The notes: generated from the sequence alone by a model not told the origin. DNA of 64,000 bases from Nitrospirota bacterium (GCA_963741205.1 CAVUHW010000013.1:32001-96000), one strand, 5' to 3'. Shown: positions 33,591-43,664, numbered from the stretch's first letter. A program made the numbers and translations.

Positions 33591-34166
33591 TCAAATTGAT
33601 CTCGGCCTGCTAATGAGCGAGAAGAATTCCTCCCTGGTCGCCGGGTTCGTCCGGAAAACACCCAGGACCGAGGAGGTCACGAACATGGAATTCTGTTTCT
33701 CGACGCCCCGCATCATCATGCAGAGGTGGCGCGCCTCGATCATGACGCCCACGCCGTCGGCGTTGATCGAGTCCTTGATCGCGTAGGCGATCTGCTCGGT
33801 GAGCCTCTCCTGGATCTGGAGCCGCCGGCTGAACATGTCCACAAGGCGGGCCAGCTTGCTGATGCCGAAGACCCTCCCGCGGGGGATGTAGCCGATATGG
33901 CAGCGGCCGTAGAACGGCAGCATGTGGTGCTCGCACATGCTGTACATCTCGATGTCCTTGACGACGACCATGCTGGTCGTTTCCTGCTCGAAGCAGGCCT
34001 GGTTGATGAGCTTTTCGACGTCGGCCTGATAGCCCGAGGTGAGGTACGCCAGGGAGGCAGCGACGCGCTTGGGCGTGTCGACGAGCCCCTCGCGCGCCGG
34101 GTCTTCACCGAGTTCGACCAGCAGTTCCCTTACCAGGTTCTGAATCCGTTCACTGTTTCCGCTCAT
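33591..34166 (-). CDS. folE: GTP cyclohydrolase I
   Basis: [45 protein letters not shown]. Confidence 0.96.
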   Translation of the reverse strand: MSGNSERIQNLVRELLVELGEDPAREGLVDTPKRVAASLAYLTSGYQADVEKLINQACFEQETTSMVVVKDIEMYSMCEHHMLPFYGRCHIGYIPRGRVFGISKLARLVDMFSRRLQIQERLTEQIAYAIKDSINADGVGVMIEARHLCMMMRGVEKQNSMFVTSSVLGVFRTNPATREEFFSLISRPRSI

Positions 34167-34677
34167 GGGATAGTTCCTTTCTGAGGAGTTCTGTGTAGCC
34201 TTCAAGCGGCTTCATGGCCTTTCCCGATAAAGCCGCAGCAACCTTATGAATCGGCGTGCCCGAGCCGGGCATCATAAGCCCCGGCGACAGCTCGTGAAGG
34301 GGGAGCGCGAGATACGGCCGCCTGGCGATGTCCGGGTCCGGAAGCGTCAAGTCCTCCGTCTGTGTGACCAGTTCGTCATAGAGAACAAGATCGAGATCGA
34401 TGGTCCTGGCCGCATACCGGTCCTTCGTCCGTATGCGTCCCAACTCTGCCTCGATGCGCCGCAGAATGTGGTGCTTCACATCAACGGCCGGGAGTTCTGT
34501 TTCGATTTCGACGACGCAATTGTAATACGAAGGCTGTTCAGGCCTATCTTCCGCCTCCGTTAGGTAGACCGTGGAGACCGCGCGGACCGTCGTCAGGCCG
34601 GAAAGAAGGAGTAAGGCCTTTTTTACGTTCTCTTCGGGATCGATGTTCGATCCGATGCTGACAAAGGCACGCGTCAT
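34150..34677 (-). CDS. folK: 6-hydroxymethyl-7,8-dihydropterin pyrophosphokinase
   Basis: SIGSNI, YYNCV, IEAELGR, RTIDLDL. Confidence 0.9.
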   Translation of the reverse strand: MTRAFVSIGSNIDPEENVKKALLLLSGLTTVRAVSTVYLTEAEDRPEQPSYYNCVVEIETELPAVDVKHHILRRIEAELGRIRTKDRYAARTIDLDLVLYDELVTQTEDLTLPDPDIARRPYLALPLHELSPGLMMPGSGTPIHKVAAALSGKAMKPLEGYTELLRKELSHERKQ

Positions 34678-35036
34678 GATCTGCCCGGCTGCCGCCTCGT
34701 GATCTCCACCCCCACACTCCGGGCAAACCGGAGGGCCGTGGGTTTTTCAACCCTCACGCAAACGTCCGCGACGGCCGGGTGTTCGAGGCAGACCGCGGCC
34801 ACGGCTTCGGCCAGTGCCTCCACGAGAAAGAACTTCGAGCTTTCGGCCATGACCACGACTTTTTTCTTGATGGCCCGGTAATCCACCGCGTCCTCGAACC
34901 GGTCGCTTTTACCGGCCCTGCTGAGGTCCGCGGAGAGGGCAAGGTTGATCAGCACATCCTGTTTTTCCCGCCGCTCGTCGTCGTTGATCCCGACGATACA
35001 GCGTACGAGCAAATCACTAATCAGGATTCGGTCCAT
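34674..35036 (-). CDS. folB: Dihydroneopterin aldolase / FolX-like epimerase
   Basis: IVGINDDERREKQ, VDY, LVEALAE, KPTALRFARSVGV. Confidence 0.85.
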   Translation of the reverse strand: MDRILISDLLVRCIVGINDDERREKQDVLINLALSADLSRAGKSDRFEDAVDYRAIKKKVVVMAESSKFFLVEALAEAVAAVCLEHPAVADVCVRVEKPTALRFARSVGVEITRRQPGRS

Positions 35037-35805
35037 TTGCCGCCTCCAGAAGGTGCCTGCCCCCGTCAACGTAGATGACCTGACCGGTCACGAAATCACT
35101 CGTGAGCAGGTAGATGACCGCGTCCGCGATGTCGTCAGGTCCGCCGTGCCTCTTGAGCGGCATGGACTTCGCAAGTTGTTCAAGATAGCCTTCGTCTTTG
35201 CCCGCGGGAGGGAGGATGAGTCCAGGCGCCACGCCGTTCACGGAGACGCCGGGGGCAAACTCCAGGGCGCACATCATAGTCAGCGTCGCGAACATCTGCT
35301 TGCTCAGGACATATGCTACATGGGTCCCGTCGTACCCGCGTATTCTCGTATCCAGAAGGTTGATGATTTTTCCGCGGTTGACGAGCCTCGCAAACTCCCG
35401 GGAGAGGACGAAGGGCGCCCATGCGTTTACCTGCATATGCTGCACCACGTCCCCGAATCCGACATCCATGATCGTGCTGGGAAGAAAAATGGAGGCGTTG
35501 TTGACCAGGATATCGAGCGACCCCGCGGCCTGGAGCGCGCGCGCGATCAGCATCTCGTACTCCTCGGGCTTCTCCAGGTCGGCCATGACCCTCCAGGATT
35601 TGGCCCCGCAGTCTACGACCTCGCCGCAAACCTTGATGGTGTCCGCTTCCAGGTTCTTCCGGTCATGTGCCACGATATGCACGCCCTCTTCGGCAAGCGC
35701 GATGGCAAGGGCGCGGCCGATGCGTTTGCTCGCGCCGGTGACCAGGGCGACCTTTCCCTTCAGTTTGTCGTTAGCAGTACTCTGTCCGCCGGTGTGCAGG
35801 GTCAT
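35017..35805 (-). CDS. SDR oxidoreductase, pteridine reductase (FolM/PTR1)-like
   Basis: TGASKRIG (Arg typical of pteridine reductases), NNASIF, YVLSK, VNGVAPG. Confidence 0.85.
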   Translation of the reverse strand: MTLHTGGQSTANDKLKGKVALVTGASKRIGRALAIALAEEGVHIVAHDRKNLEADTIKVCGEVVDCGAKSWRVMADLEKPEEYEMLIARALQAAGSLDILVNNASIFLPSTIMDVGFGDVVQHMQVNAWAPFVLSREFARLVNRGKIINLLDTRIRGYDGTHVAYVLSKQMFATLTMMCALEFAPGVSVNGVAPGLILPPAGKDEGYLEQLAKSMPLKRHGGPDDIADAVIYLLTSDFVTGQVIYVDGGRHLLEAANGPNPD

Positions 35806-36149
35806 GCAGCCCTCTCGCCCCGCTGTTGGGCGGCCAGAAGGTCGATCTTGGCCGCCACGATGAAGTCGTTCATGGACAACCCGCCGATCTTGTGCGTCGA
35901 CAGCGACAACCTCACCTTATTGTACGAGATGAGGATGTCGGGATGATGGTCCTGCTCGTTCGCGATGGCGGCGACGGCGTTCACGAAGTCCATGGCCTGG
36001 CGAAAATCCTTGAAAAGAAAATCCCTGGTGACCATGGTTCCGGTCAGAGACCACTGCGGGATCTCGCGCATGAGCTCCCCGGCCTCTTCCCGCGACAGGG
36101 GTGCGCTCCCCTTAACAATCGGTTTCGCTGTTTGTTCTGCGAGTTTCAT
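35802..36149 (-). CDS. Pterin-4-alpha-carbinolamine dehydratase
   Basis: FKDF, DHHPDI, STHKIGGLSMNDFIVAAKID. Confidence 0.92.
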   Translation of the reverse strand: MKLAEQTAKPIVKGSAPLSREEAGELMREIPQWSLTGTMVTRDFLFKDFRQAMDFVNAVAAIANEQDHHPDILISYNKVRLSLSTHKIGGLSMNDFIVAAKIDLLAAQQRGERAA

Positions 36150-36170
36150 AATGACCTCCTGAAATATCTA

Positions 36171-36275
36171 TGGACGCAGATTTGCGCGGATAAAAGCAGA
36201 TCAATCCGTCGTATCTTAAAACCAAGCCATACACCTTGAAGTTAAATCCGATTTTCCCGCCTTTATCTGCGTCCA
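36171..36275. repeat. Nonamer-type inverted-repeat element
   Basis: Perfect 11-bp inverted repeat TGGACGCAGAT / ATCTGCGTCCA with degenerate inner units. Confidence 0.7.
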
Positions 36276-36292
36276 AAATATATTTAGTATCT

Positions 36293-37499
36293 TCACCGTA
36301 TCAATCCGCGCAGGCTTTCTTTCGCTACCGGTTCCGCCTTCCGTATCAATTCCCGCGCGGCCTCCACTTTGTCCCACACATTGCACATCATGGCGCCCCG
36401 GACCTTGCCGTTCCTGAGGTAATAGATCACGCCGGTGTCGTTCTCCTTTTGCCAGTCGGCGAAGGTCTCAAGATCCGCGCTCACCTCGCCGACGGCCTCG
36501 TATCCGAACTCGAAGAGGTCCGAGAAGAAGTAGGGCATGTAGGTGTAGGGCTCCCGCGCGCCGGCCATGTTCCTGCCCGCCCACTTGCCCTGGTTCAAGG
36601 CGTTGTCCCAGTGCTCTACGCGCGTCTGTTTCCCGAGCGCCTGGTAGGGGAAGAACGCGATGTCACCGGCCGCGTAAATGTCCGGGAGTGAAGTTTGAAG
36701 ATACTCGTCGACGATGACCCCGTTTGCGGTCTGCAGTCCAGCCTTGCGCGGCAGATCAAGAGAGGGCGCAATGCCGATTCCGGCGATCACCATGTCCGCT
36801 TCGATCTCCTTTCCGCTTTCGGTGCGGACAACGAACCCGCCCCCCTTTTTACGGAGCGATGAGGGTTTTTCCCCCGCAAGAGTCCGCACCCCGCGCAAAC
36901 GATACTGTTCCAGAAGCGCCTTCCCCAGGTACTCGGGAAAGACCCGGTTCACGAGGTAGGAATCGGGAAAGATCATCGTCACGTTGACCTTATTTACAGC
37001 GAGCGCAGCGGCGATTTCCGAGCCGATAAAGCCTCCTCCGATGACGACCGCGGATTTTCCCTCTGTCGATTCCTTCCGCATCCTCACGTAGTCGTCAAGT
37101 GTCCGGAAATAGCAGACACCGTCGAGGTCCCCGCCGGGGATAGGCAAGGTCCGCGGAACGCCGCCCGTCGCAAGGAGAAGCTTTTGAAACCGGTATTCCT
37201 TTCCTGCTCCGGTCATAATTTTTTTCTGTTTCGGATCGAGCGTTGTAACCGTGACACCGGATGCCAGGGTCACCCCGTTCCGGTCATAAAACGCCTGGTC
37301 GTGGAGAAAGATATCTTCGACCTTCTTTTTGCCGAACCAGAGTTTCTTCGAGAGCGGAGGGCGGTCGTAGGGGAGGTGCTTCTCGGAACCGATGAGCAGG
37401 ATGCCGCCGTTTCCTGTCCCGCTCCCGGATGCCTTCTACAGCCGACGCCCCGGACAGCCCGCCGCCGATGATGATATAGGTGTATGTCTGATCAGCCAT
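36293..37499 (-). CDS. FAD/NAD(P)H oxidoreductase, AIF/ferredoxin-reductase-like (5' frameshifts)
   Basis: IIGGGLSG, YDRPPLSK, LLLATG, GGGFIGSE, IYAAGD, RVEHWDNA, FSDL..GYEAVG, GVIYYL. Confidence 0.88.
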
Positions 37500-37752
37500 A
37501 TCGTGCGCCTCCTGAATCTGCCCCGGTCCCGAGACGGAACCTTGAGGAGTGTCGTAACGGGTACGCAGGCTGCGTCGTCGAACGGCGCAGCCCGAAATAG
37601 AATGATTCCGGACAAGCTGTAAGACCCCCGATTGAATCATTCGAGGGCCGGCTAAAAGGCTGCATTCGACTTTTTACGTCTTCTTCAATATTACTATATC
37701 ACACTTGCTTACGAGTATTCGGGAGGGTGGCCAGGCGAGTAGGGGGCGTACC

Positions 37753-38484
37753 TCATGGCAGATCATAGATTTGCCGCATCTCTTCGGAGTTTCCTCCGTT
37801 CGCTCCGTGTACAATAAGCGGCGGCAGGACCTCGATCCCGGTTCCGGCAGCCTTAACCGCCTCGATCAGCACAAGCGATGCGGGCTTGTGATGAAGGGGA
37901 TGCACGAAGCGCAAACGCTTCGGCTCAAGTTTTTTCTCCCGCATCAGCGACATCAGTTCCGCCGTGCGAGGTGCTGGGAATATGAGGAAGTATCTTCCGC
38001 CGTTTTTCAGCATTGTATGGAGATTTATCCACACATCGAGAGATGCCATCCGGTCCTGCCGCGCGGTTTGCCGTTCCGCGAAGGGGCTTGTTTTGCCTGA
38101 ACCGTATTTTGTATAGGGGGGATTCGCAACGATGACGTCGAAGCAGTCAGGTGAAAACGACCGGTCCAAATACCTGATGTCCCGACCCGCAGGGGAAATA
38201 TGGTCCTGAAGTCCGTTTTTTTCAATATTACGGCAGAGCAGGTCGTAAGCTTGCGGTTCGATCTCATCTGCAACGAAGCGGGCTTTGGGGAATTTTTTCG
38301 CGAGCAGAAGTGAGATGATCCCCGTGCCGGAGCCTGGTTCCAGAACGCTGTCCCCGGGTTTTATGCGACAAAAGTCAGCGAGGAGGATACTGTCCTGGGT
38401 AAAGCGGAAGCCCTTCTGGGGCTGCTCGATCCTCACCACACCCGCTCCGCGAAGCGAGATGCTGTCCTGGGTGACGGAGGTCAT
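37753..38484 (-). CDS. tRNA1(Val) adenine-N6-methyltransferase-like SAM methyltransferase
   Basis: QPQKGFRFTQDSILLA, EPGSGTG, NPPY, PKRLRFVH. Confidence 0.85.
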   Translation of the reverse strand: MTSVTQDSISLRGAGVVRIEQPQKGFRFTQDSILLADFCRIKPGDSVLEPGSGTGIISLLLAKKFPKARFVADEIEPQAYDLLCRNIEKNGLQDHISPAGRDIRYLDRSFSPDCFDVIVANPPYTKYGSGKTSPFAERQTARQDRMASLDVWINLHTMLKNGGRYFLIFPAPRTAELMSLMREKKLEPKRLRFVHPLHHKPASLVLIEAVKAAGTGIEVLPPLIVHGANGGNSEEMRQIYDLP

Positions 38485-38873
38485 GGTATCTTTTCCACAT
38501 ACTCGGAAGGCAGCCGTTTGGGTCTTCCATTAGGATCGACATACACCATTTTGGCCCTGCATTCTGCTAAGACCCGACGGGATGTCTTCTCCCGCATAAT
38601 ATGTTCGAATATCATGGTGGCTCGGGTGACATCCCTGACCCAGGTCTCGATTTCGAGCGTGTCGCCGTACCGCGCGGGAGATTTGTAGTCTATTTCCACG
38701 CGGAGCACCATGAATATTGTGCCCTCGTTCATGAGGCCCTTGACGGAAAAACCCTTTGCCGCCAGGTACTCGGTACGCGCCCGCTCCATGTATCGGAGGT
38801 AATTGGCGTAGTAGACCACCCCGCCGCAGTCGGTGTCCTCATAATAGATATGAACATCCATGGTGTGGTTCAT
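38481..38873 (-). CDS. YbgC/FadM family acyl-CoA thioesterase
   Basis: YYEDTDCGGVVYYANYLRYMERAR, YKSPARYGD. Confidence 0.9.
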   Translation of the reverse strand: MNHTMDVHIYYEDTDCGGVVYYANYLRYMERARTEYLAAKGFSVKGLMNEGTIFMVLRVEIDYKSPARYGDTLEIETWVRDVTRATMIFEHIMREKTSRRVLAECRAKMVYVDPNGRPKRLPSEYVEKIP

Positions 38874-39112
38874 ATGCTCTCCCTTTGGGGAGACAGTGTA
38901 AGATATTTCCTTCGTTTTGTCGAGCGGAAGATAAAGGGGTAAGATAGTATAGGGTAGAAAGAGGAAAGAACAGGGCTGAGCACATCTCGAGCGCACAATA
39001 AACGAGCATCAAGCGATATGCAGATGGAATGCGGTATGGAGAGTCGGGAAGGACAGGCGAATGAACGCCGGGCGCTGTGGAGTACGGAGAAAGCAGTATG
39101 TATCGAAAAAGT

Positions 39113-39430
39113 AAAAAAAAGGCGCTGCCCGCGAACCGGTTTTGATATTCCGCTGAACCCCACGTTCTCCCGGAAAGTACAACCTGCTTCTGCGGCTCCG
39201 CTCTGCAGACCCTATGAAGCGTAGTGTGTGTATTGCTCTTTCCGAGCGCCGTGCGGCTTAGGGGTTTTGGCTCTTCCGTTCTTTATGGATGCCTGTAAAA
39301 CAACCGGGAGACTGGCCACTCAACTTGCAGCCCTCTTACCGGCCTCGGCGACCCATCGAGCGCGGTGCCTGATCCCCTTTAAGACGGGTTATCATCTGAA
39401 CACCTATTGGTGATGGTTCGGCAACGCCCT
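39113..39430 (-). ncRNA. Putative ~310-nt structured non-coding RNA of unknown family
   Basis: 5' GGCGUUGCCGAACC pairs with 3' GGUUCGCGGGCAGCGCC followed by U8; inner helices ACCCGUC/GAUGGGU, UCUCCCGG/CCGGGAGA, ACCCCUAAGC/GCUUCAUAGGGU, GCUC-GGAAA-GAGC; upstream promoter; no credible ORF. Confidence 0.6.
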
Positions 39431-39444
39431 GTAAACTTTCTTAC

Positions 39445-39495
39445 CGTTATCAAAGAACGACTTTCTGAATATTTTCTACTAATACTATACCACAT
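39445..39495 (-). promoter_or_regulatory. Extended -10 promoter and boxA-like motif upstream of putative ncRNA
   Basis: Minus strand TGTGGTATAGT, then GTCGTTCTTTGATAAC. Confidence 0.55.
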
Positions 39496-39621
39496 TTGCA
39501 ATGCAGTCGCGAAATTTTTTTCATATAACCCTTGCCTCTGCAGTCGACGAGGACAAGCTCCCATCATCAGAATTATCTTGACCATCAAGAGAATTGTCTT
39601 TACAATTTCATCCCGTTATAT

Positions 39622-41150
39622 ATGGTTAGGATCATTCCCTCAAAAGAAGAATTTCTCCGGAAAGCGGGGTCGAGCGAGGTCCTGCCTCTTGCCGCGGAAC
39701 TCGATGTGCAGGAGCTGACGCCGCTGGCGGCGCTCGAGGCCTTGAGACCCTCGGGATACCCCGTCCTTCTTGAAAGCGCGCGAGTGGATGGCCGGATCGG
39801 ACGATATTCTTTCGTTACCGCTGATCCATACCTGATCTTTCAATCCCGCGGCGATACGGTAGATCTTATCCTTCCAGCGACTCCCGCCGGAAAATTCGGC
39901 AGACGGGCGGCAACGAGGCGCAAACCGCTTTTAAAACTGCGGGAACTTCTGAACAACTACCGGACTGCCAGAGTTTCCGGCCTTCCTCCTTTTACCGGCG
40001 GGGCGGTTGGTTTTTTTTCTTATGACTTCGTTCATCAGCTTGAGAATCTTCCGCGCAACGCAGCTGCCGATGTTGATATTCCTGAAGCATATTTTATCTT
40101 CGTAGACCTTGTTGTTGCCTTCGACCATGTCCTCAACAAAAGTTGGGTGATCGTAAACCCCGGCGCGCGAGAACAGGAACTGGGGTTCCGGAGGCCCGGT
40201 CCGGAAGAGTGGGATGGGCTCTATGACCGGGCCGCGGCAAGACTAGTCGCCGCGATCTCAAAGCTGGACGCCGCATCACTGCGGAGCGGGGCGTCCAGCG
40301 CGGAAGCCCATCCGGCGCATAAGCGGTCTCCCTCGTTTCCAATCTGAGCCGGGCCGCATTCGAGTCGATGGTCCGGCGATGCAAGGAGTATATCGCCGCG
40401 GGAGACATCTACCAGGCCAACCTTTCCCAGCGGCTATCCGCGGCCATCGGCAACGCGGACCCGCTCCGCCTGTACCGCATCCTGCGCACTATTAATCCCT
40501 CTCCCTTTGCTGCCTTTCTCGATTTTGGCGATCTGCAGCTCGTGAGTTCCTCGCCCGAGCGCCTTGTGCGGCTCCGCGAAGGGGTCGCCGATACCAGGCC
40601 GATCGCGGGCACGCGCCGGAGGGGGACCGACCAGGCGGAGATGCGTGAACTGTCCGCCGAACTGCTGACGAACGAGAAAGAGCGCGCCGAGCATATCATG
40701 CTTCTGGACCTCGAACGGAACGACCTCGGCAAGGTGTGCGAATACGGCACCGTCTCCGTCGATGAGTTTATGGTTGTGGAGGACTACTCCCACGTGATCC
40801 ACATCGTTTCGAATGTTCGCGGTTCACTTGCGCCGGGCAGGGACGCCTTCGATCTCGTAGGCGCCGTATTTCCGGGAGGGACGATTACGGGCGTTCCGAA
40901 GGTGCGCTGCATGGAAATCATCGACGAACTCGAACCGGTGGCGCGCGGGCCTTACACCGGTTCCATCGGTTACTTCTCGAACACGGGTGATATGGACCTG
41001 AACATCATCATCAGGACATTCGTGATCAAGGACGGTCACGCCTATATCCAGGCAGGTGCAGGGATCGTTGCCGATTCCGATCCCGAACGGGAATATTTCG
41101 AGACCCTTCAGAAGGCCGAGGCACTCAAGAAGGCGCTTGAGATGCTGTAG
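39622..41150 (+). CDS. Anthranilate synthase component I / aminodeoxychorismate synthase family (frameshift near 40335)
   Basis: LLESA, GRYSF, FTGGAVG, GDIYQANLS, SSPE, TRPIAGT, KERAEHIMLLDLERNDLG, GAGIVADS. Confidence 0.9.
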
Positions 41151-41180
41151 CGCGGGGCCTTTTCAAAACATTTAAAAGGC

Positions 41181-41210
41181 TTGACAAACCCGATGGACAC
41201 CGTATAGAAT
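41181..41210 (+). promoter_or_regulatory. Sigma-70 promoter of cysS
   Basis: TTGACA-N18-TAGAAT. Confidence 0.7.
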
Positions 41211-41293
41211 CATATTTCCTGCTGTCAATCCGTAAGTCCGACCTGTTTGAATCGTCGGAGCGGTCGAACGATCTTAGAGAAGGATTTTTGTTC

Positions 41294-42769
41294 ATGATCA
41301 AACTCTATAACACACTCACGGGAAAGAAAGAGGAATTTATCCCCATCAATCCCGGCAAGGTCGCTATGTACGCCTGCGGCGTGACGGTCTACGACTTTTC
41401 CCATCTCGGCCATGCGCGCGGGGCCGTGGCCTTCGACCTGATACAGCGTTACTTCCGGAGAAAGGGGTTCGACGTCAAGTACGTTCGTAACTTCACGGAT
41501 GTCGACGACAAGATCATCAACCGCGCGAAGGAAGAGGCCATCAGTCCCGCCGAGGTTGCGCATAAATATATCGCCGCCTATCAGGAGGATATGAAGCGCC
41601 TGGGCGTCGGCAGGGCGGATGTGGAGCCCAAGGCCACGGAGCACATAGCGGAGATGATCGAAGTCATCAAGGGCCTTGTGGAAAAGGAGCACGCCTATGT
41701 CGTGGAGGGAGATGTGTATTTCCGCGTGTCCAGCTTCAAGGATTACGGTAAACTCTCGAAACGAAACCTTGAGGACTTGAAGGCGGGCGCTCGCGTTGAG
41801 GTAGACGAACGAAAGCAGGACCCTCTGGACTTCGCGCTTTGGAAGGCGTCGAAGCCTGGAGAGCCAGCCTGGGACAGCCCCTGGGGTCCAGGACGGCCCG
41901 GCTGGCACATTGAGTGTTCGGCCATGGGGTTTAAACATCTGGGCGACACTTTCGACATCCACGCGGGCGGCAAGGATCTGATCTTTCCGCACCATGAGAA
42001 TGAGATCGCCCAGAGCGAGGCCTATTCGGGCAAGAAGTTCGTGAACTACTGGCTCCATAATGGTTTTGTAAATATCAACCAGGAGAAGATGTCCAAGTCG
42101 CTCGGCAACTTTTTCATGATCCGCGACATCCTGAATGAGTACGATGCCGAGGTGGTCCGGCTGTTCCTCCTGTCAACGCACTACCGCAGCCCTATAGACT
42201 TCTCGGACGCGAATTTGAAGGACGCGCGCTCCGGCCTCGACCGCTTCTACACCATGAAAGAAGGAATCATCAAGTTTCTCGCCGGAAAGGAACCGTCATC
42301 CGCCAAGCCCGAAGAGGTCGTTGAGGTAGCAGACCGGCCGCTGTATGCGAAGATACAGAACCTTCCGCAAGGCTTCGAAGAGGCCATGGATGACGACTTC
42401 AACACCGCTTTCGCCATCGGCCTCATCTACGATCTTGTGCGCGATATCAATAAATATCTTACTGAGGCGGACAAAAAGAACCAGGATGCGGCGTACTGCA
42501 TCCTGTCCTCGGCCATGGCTTCCTTTGAGAATGTGAGCAAGACCCTCGGCATTTTCCTTCGCGAGCCCGAGGAATGGTTCAAAGAGGGCAGGCTCGCCGA
42601 TGCCAAGGTCACGATTCCTACCGAGCGAATCGAAGAATACATCCACCTTCGGAACGAGGCGCGGGCCCGCAAGGACTGGGCCGAGGCGGACCGGATCCGG
42701 AAGATCCTCGATGAGGGCGGCGTGGAGCTTTTTGACCGGGCCGACGGAACGGTCTGGAAGCCGAAGTAG
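41294..42769 (+). CDS. cysS: Cysteine--tRNA ligase
   Basis: CGVTVYD, HLGH, GWHIECS, FPHHENE, KMSKS. Confidence 0.98.
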   Translation: MIKLYNTLTGKKEEFIPINPGKVAMYACGVTVYDFSHLGHARGAVAFDLIQRYFRRKGFDVKYVRNFTDVDDKIINRAKEEAISPAEVAHKYIAAYQEDMKRLGVGRADVEPKATEHIAEMIEVIKGLVEKEHAYVVEGDVYFRVSSFKDYGKLSKRNLEDLKAGARVEVDERKQDPLDFALWKASKPGEPAWDSPWGPGRPGWHIECSAMGFKHLGDTFDIHAGGKDLIFPHHENEIAQSEAYSGKKFVNYWLHNGFVNINQEKMSKSLGNFFMIRDILNEYDAEVVRLFLLSTHYRSPIDFSDANLKDARSGLDRFYTMKEGIIKFLAGKEPSSAKPEEVVEVADRPLYAKIQNLPQGFEEAMDDDFNTAFAIGLIYDLVRDINKYLTEADKKNQDAAYCILSSAMASFENVSKTLGIFLREPEEWFKEGRLADAKVTIPTERIEEYIHLRNEARARKDWAEADRIRKILDEGGVELFDRADGTVWKPK

Positions 42770-42774
42770 TTCGA

Positions 42775-42908
42775 ATCAAGCTCCCCAATCCCAAGCATCA
42801 AATAATAAATTAAATTTCAATATTCATAAATCAAGTTCCAAACAGATTAAGATTCTTATTTGTTTTTTGGATATTATTTGGAATTAGGAATTTGAGTTTT
42901 GAGATTTC
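42775..42908. repeat. AT-rich heptamer inverted-repeat element
   Basis: AAGCTCC-CCAATCC-CAAGCAT-CAAAT left; ATTTGGA-ATTAGGA-ATTTGAG-TTTTGAG right. Confidence 0.65.
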
Positions 42909-42917
42909 TCATCCATC

Positions 42918-43664
42918 ATGCATCGACAAAAAATATTCGGTATTAATCCGGTTACTGAGGCCCTGAGGTCCGGACGGCCGATGCAGCGGATCCTGATTGC
43001 CGAGCAGCGGAAGACGGGCAGGGAAGTCATCGAGATCGCCCGTCTAGCCAAAGAACGGGGCATCGAGGTGAGGTTGGCGTCCCGGGACATGCTGAACCGG
43101 GAGGCGCCAAATGCCCCGCATCAGGGTGTTATAGCGGTCGTCTCGGCAACTCAATATGTGATGTTGGACGATATCCTTGGGATACCGGCACAGCTCGGCG
43201 AGGCGGCGCTGTTCCTGGTTTTGGACGGCGTCGAAGACCCCAGAAACCTCGGTGCCATATTGCGGACCGCTGAGGCCGCAGGAGTCCACGGCGTTATCGT
43301 TCCCGAGCGGAGGGCGGCCGGCCTCACCGAAACGGTGGCAAAGGTAGCCGCCGGTGCGCTGGAATATGTGCCGGTGGTTAAAGTCGTCAACATCGTAAAC
43401 ACAATCGAAGTCCTTAAGGCAAACGGGATTTGGACTGCCGCGGCTGAGGCAGGGGGTGAAGCCGTGTTCTGGGATGCAGACTTTGTCCGGCCCACGGCAC
43501 TTGTATTAGGCGGTGAGGACAAAGGGGTGCGCAGACTGGTGAAAGAGCATTGCGATGTCCTCGTATCCCTGCCGCTCACGGGACGCATCAATTCGCTGAA
43601 TGTATCGGTTGCGGCAGGGGCCCTGCTGTACGAGGTTATGCGGCAGCGCAGAAAGAGCTCATAG
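42918..43664 (+). CDS. rlmB: 23S rRNA Gm2251 methyltransferase
   Basis: GINPVTEAL, HQGV, EDPRNLGAILR, GGEDKGV, SLNVSVAAG. Confidence 0.95.
   Translation: MHRQKIFGINPVTEALRSGRPMQRILIAEQRKTGREVIEIARLAKERGIEVRLASRDMLNREAPNAPHQGVIAVVSATQYVMLDDILGIPAQLGEAALFLVLDGVEDPRNLGAILRTAEAAGVHGVIVPERRAAGLTETVAKVAAGALEYVPVVKVVNIVNTIEVLKANGIWTAAAEAGGEAVFWDADFVRPTALVLGGEDKGVRRLVKEHCDVLVSLPLTGRINSLNVSVAAGALLYEVMRQRRKSS

Noticed and set aside
37500-37660. Hairpin-rich region upstream of the flavoreductase as a possible riboswitch
   Set aside because: No recognisable aptamer consensus; parts look like degenerate palindromic repeat sequence.
39244-39292. Short similarities to raiA-motif RNA (GTGCGGCTTAG) and IscB omega-RNA starts (GGCTCTTCC..TTTATGG)
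   Set aside because: Only short matches recalled from memory; the remaining cores are absent and there is no IscB/TnpB ORF.
39300-39380. Plus-strand GGGAGACTGGCC...CCTCGGCGACC...GGTGCCTGATCC resembles parts of a SAM-I riboswitch
   Set aside because: No AUC-AGAG P1 or closing GAU helix, spacing is wrong, and the promoter and U-tract point to the minus strand.
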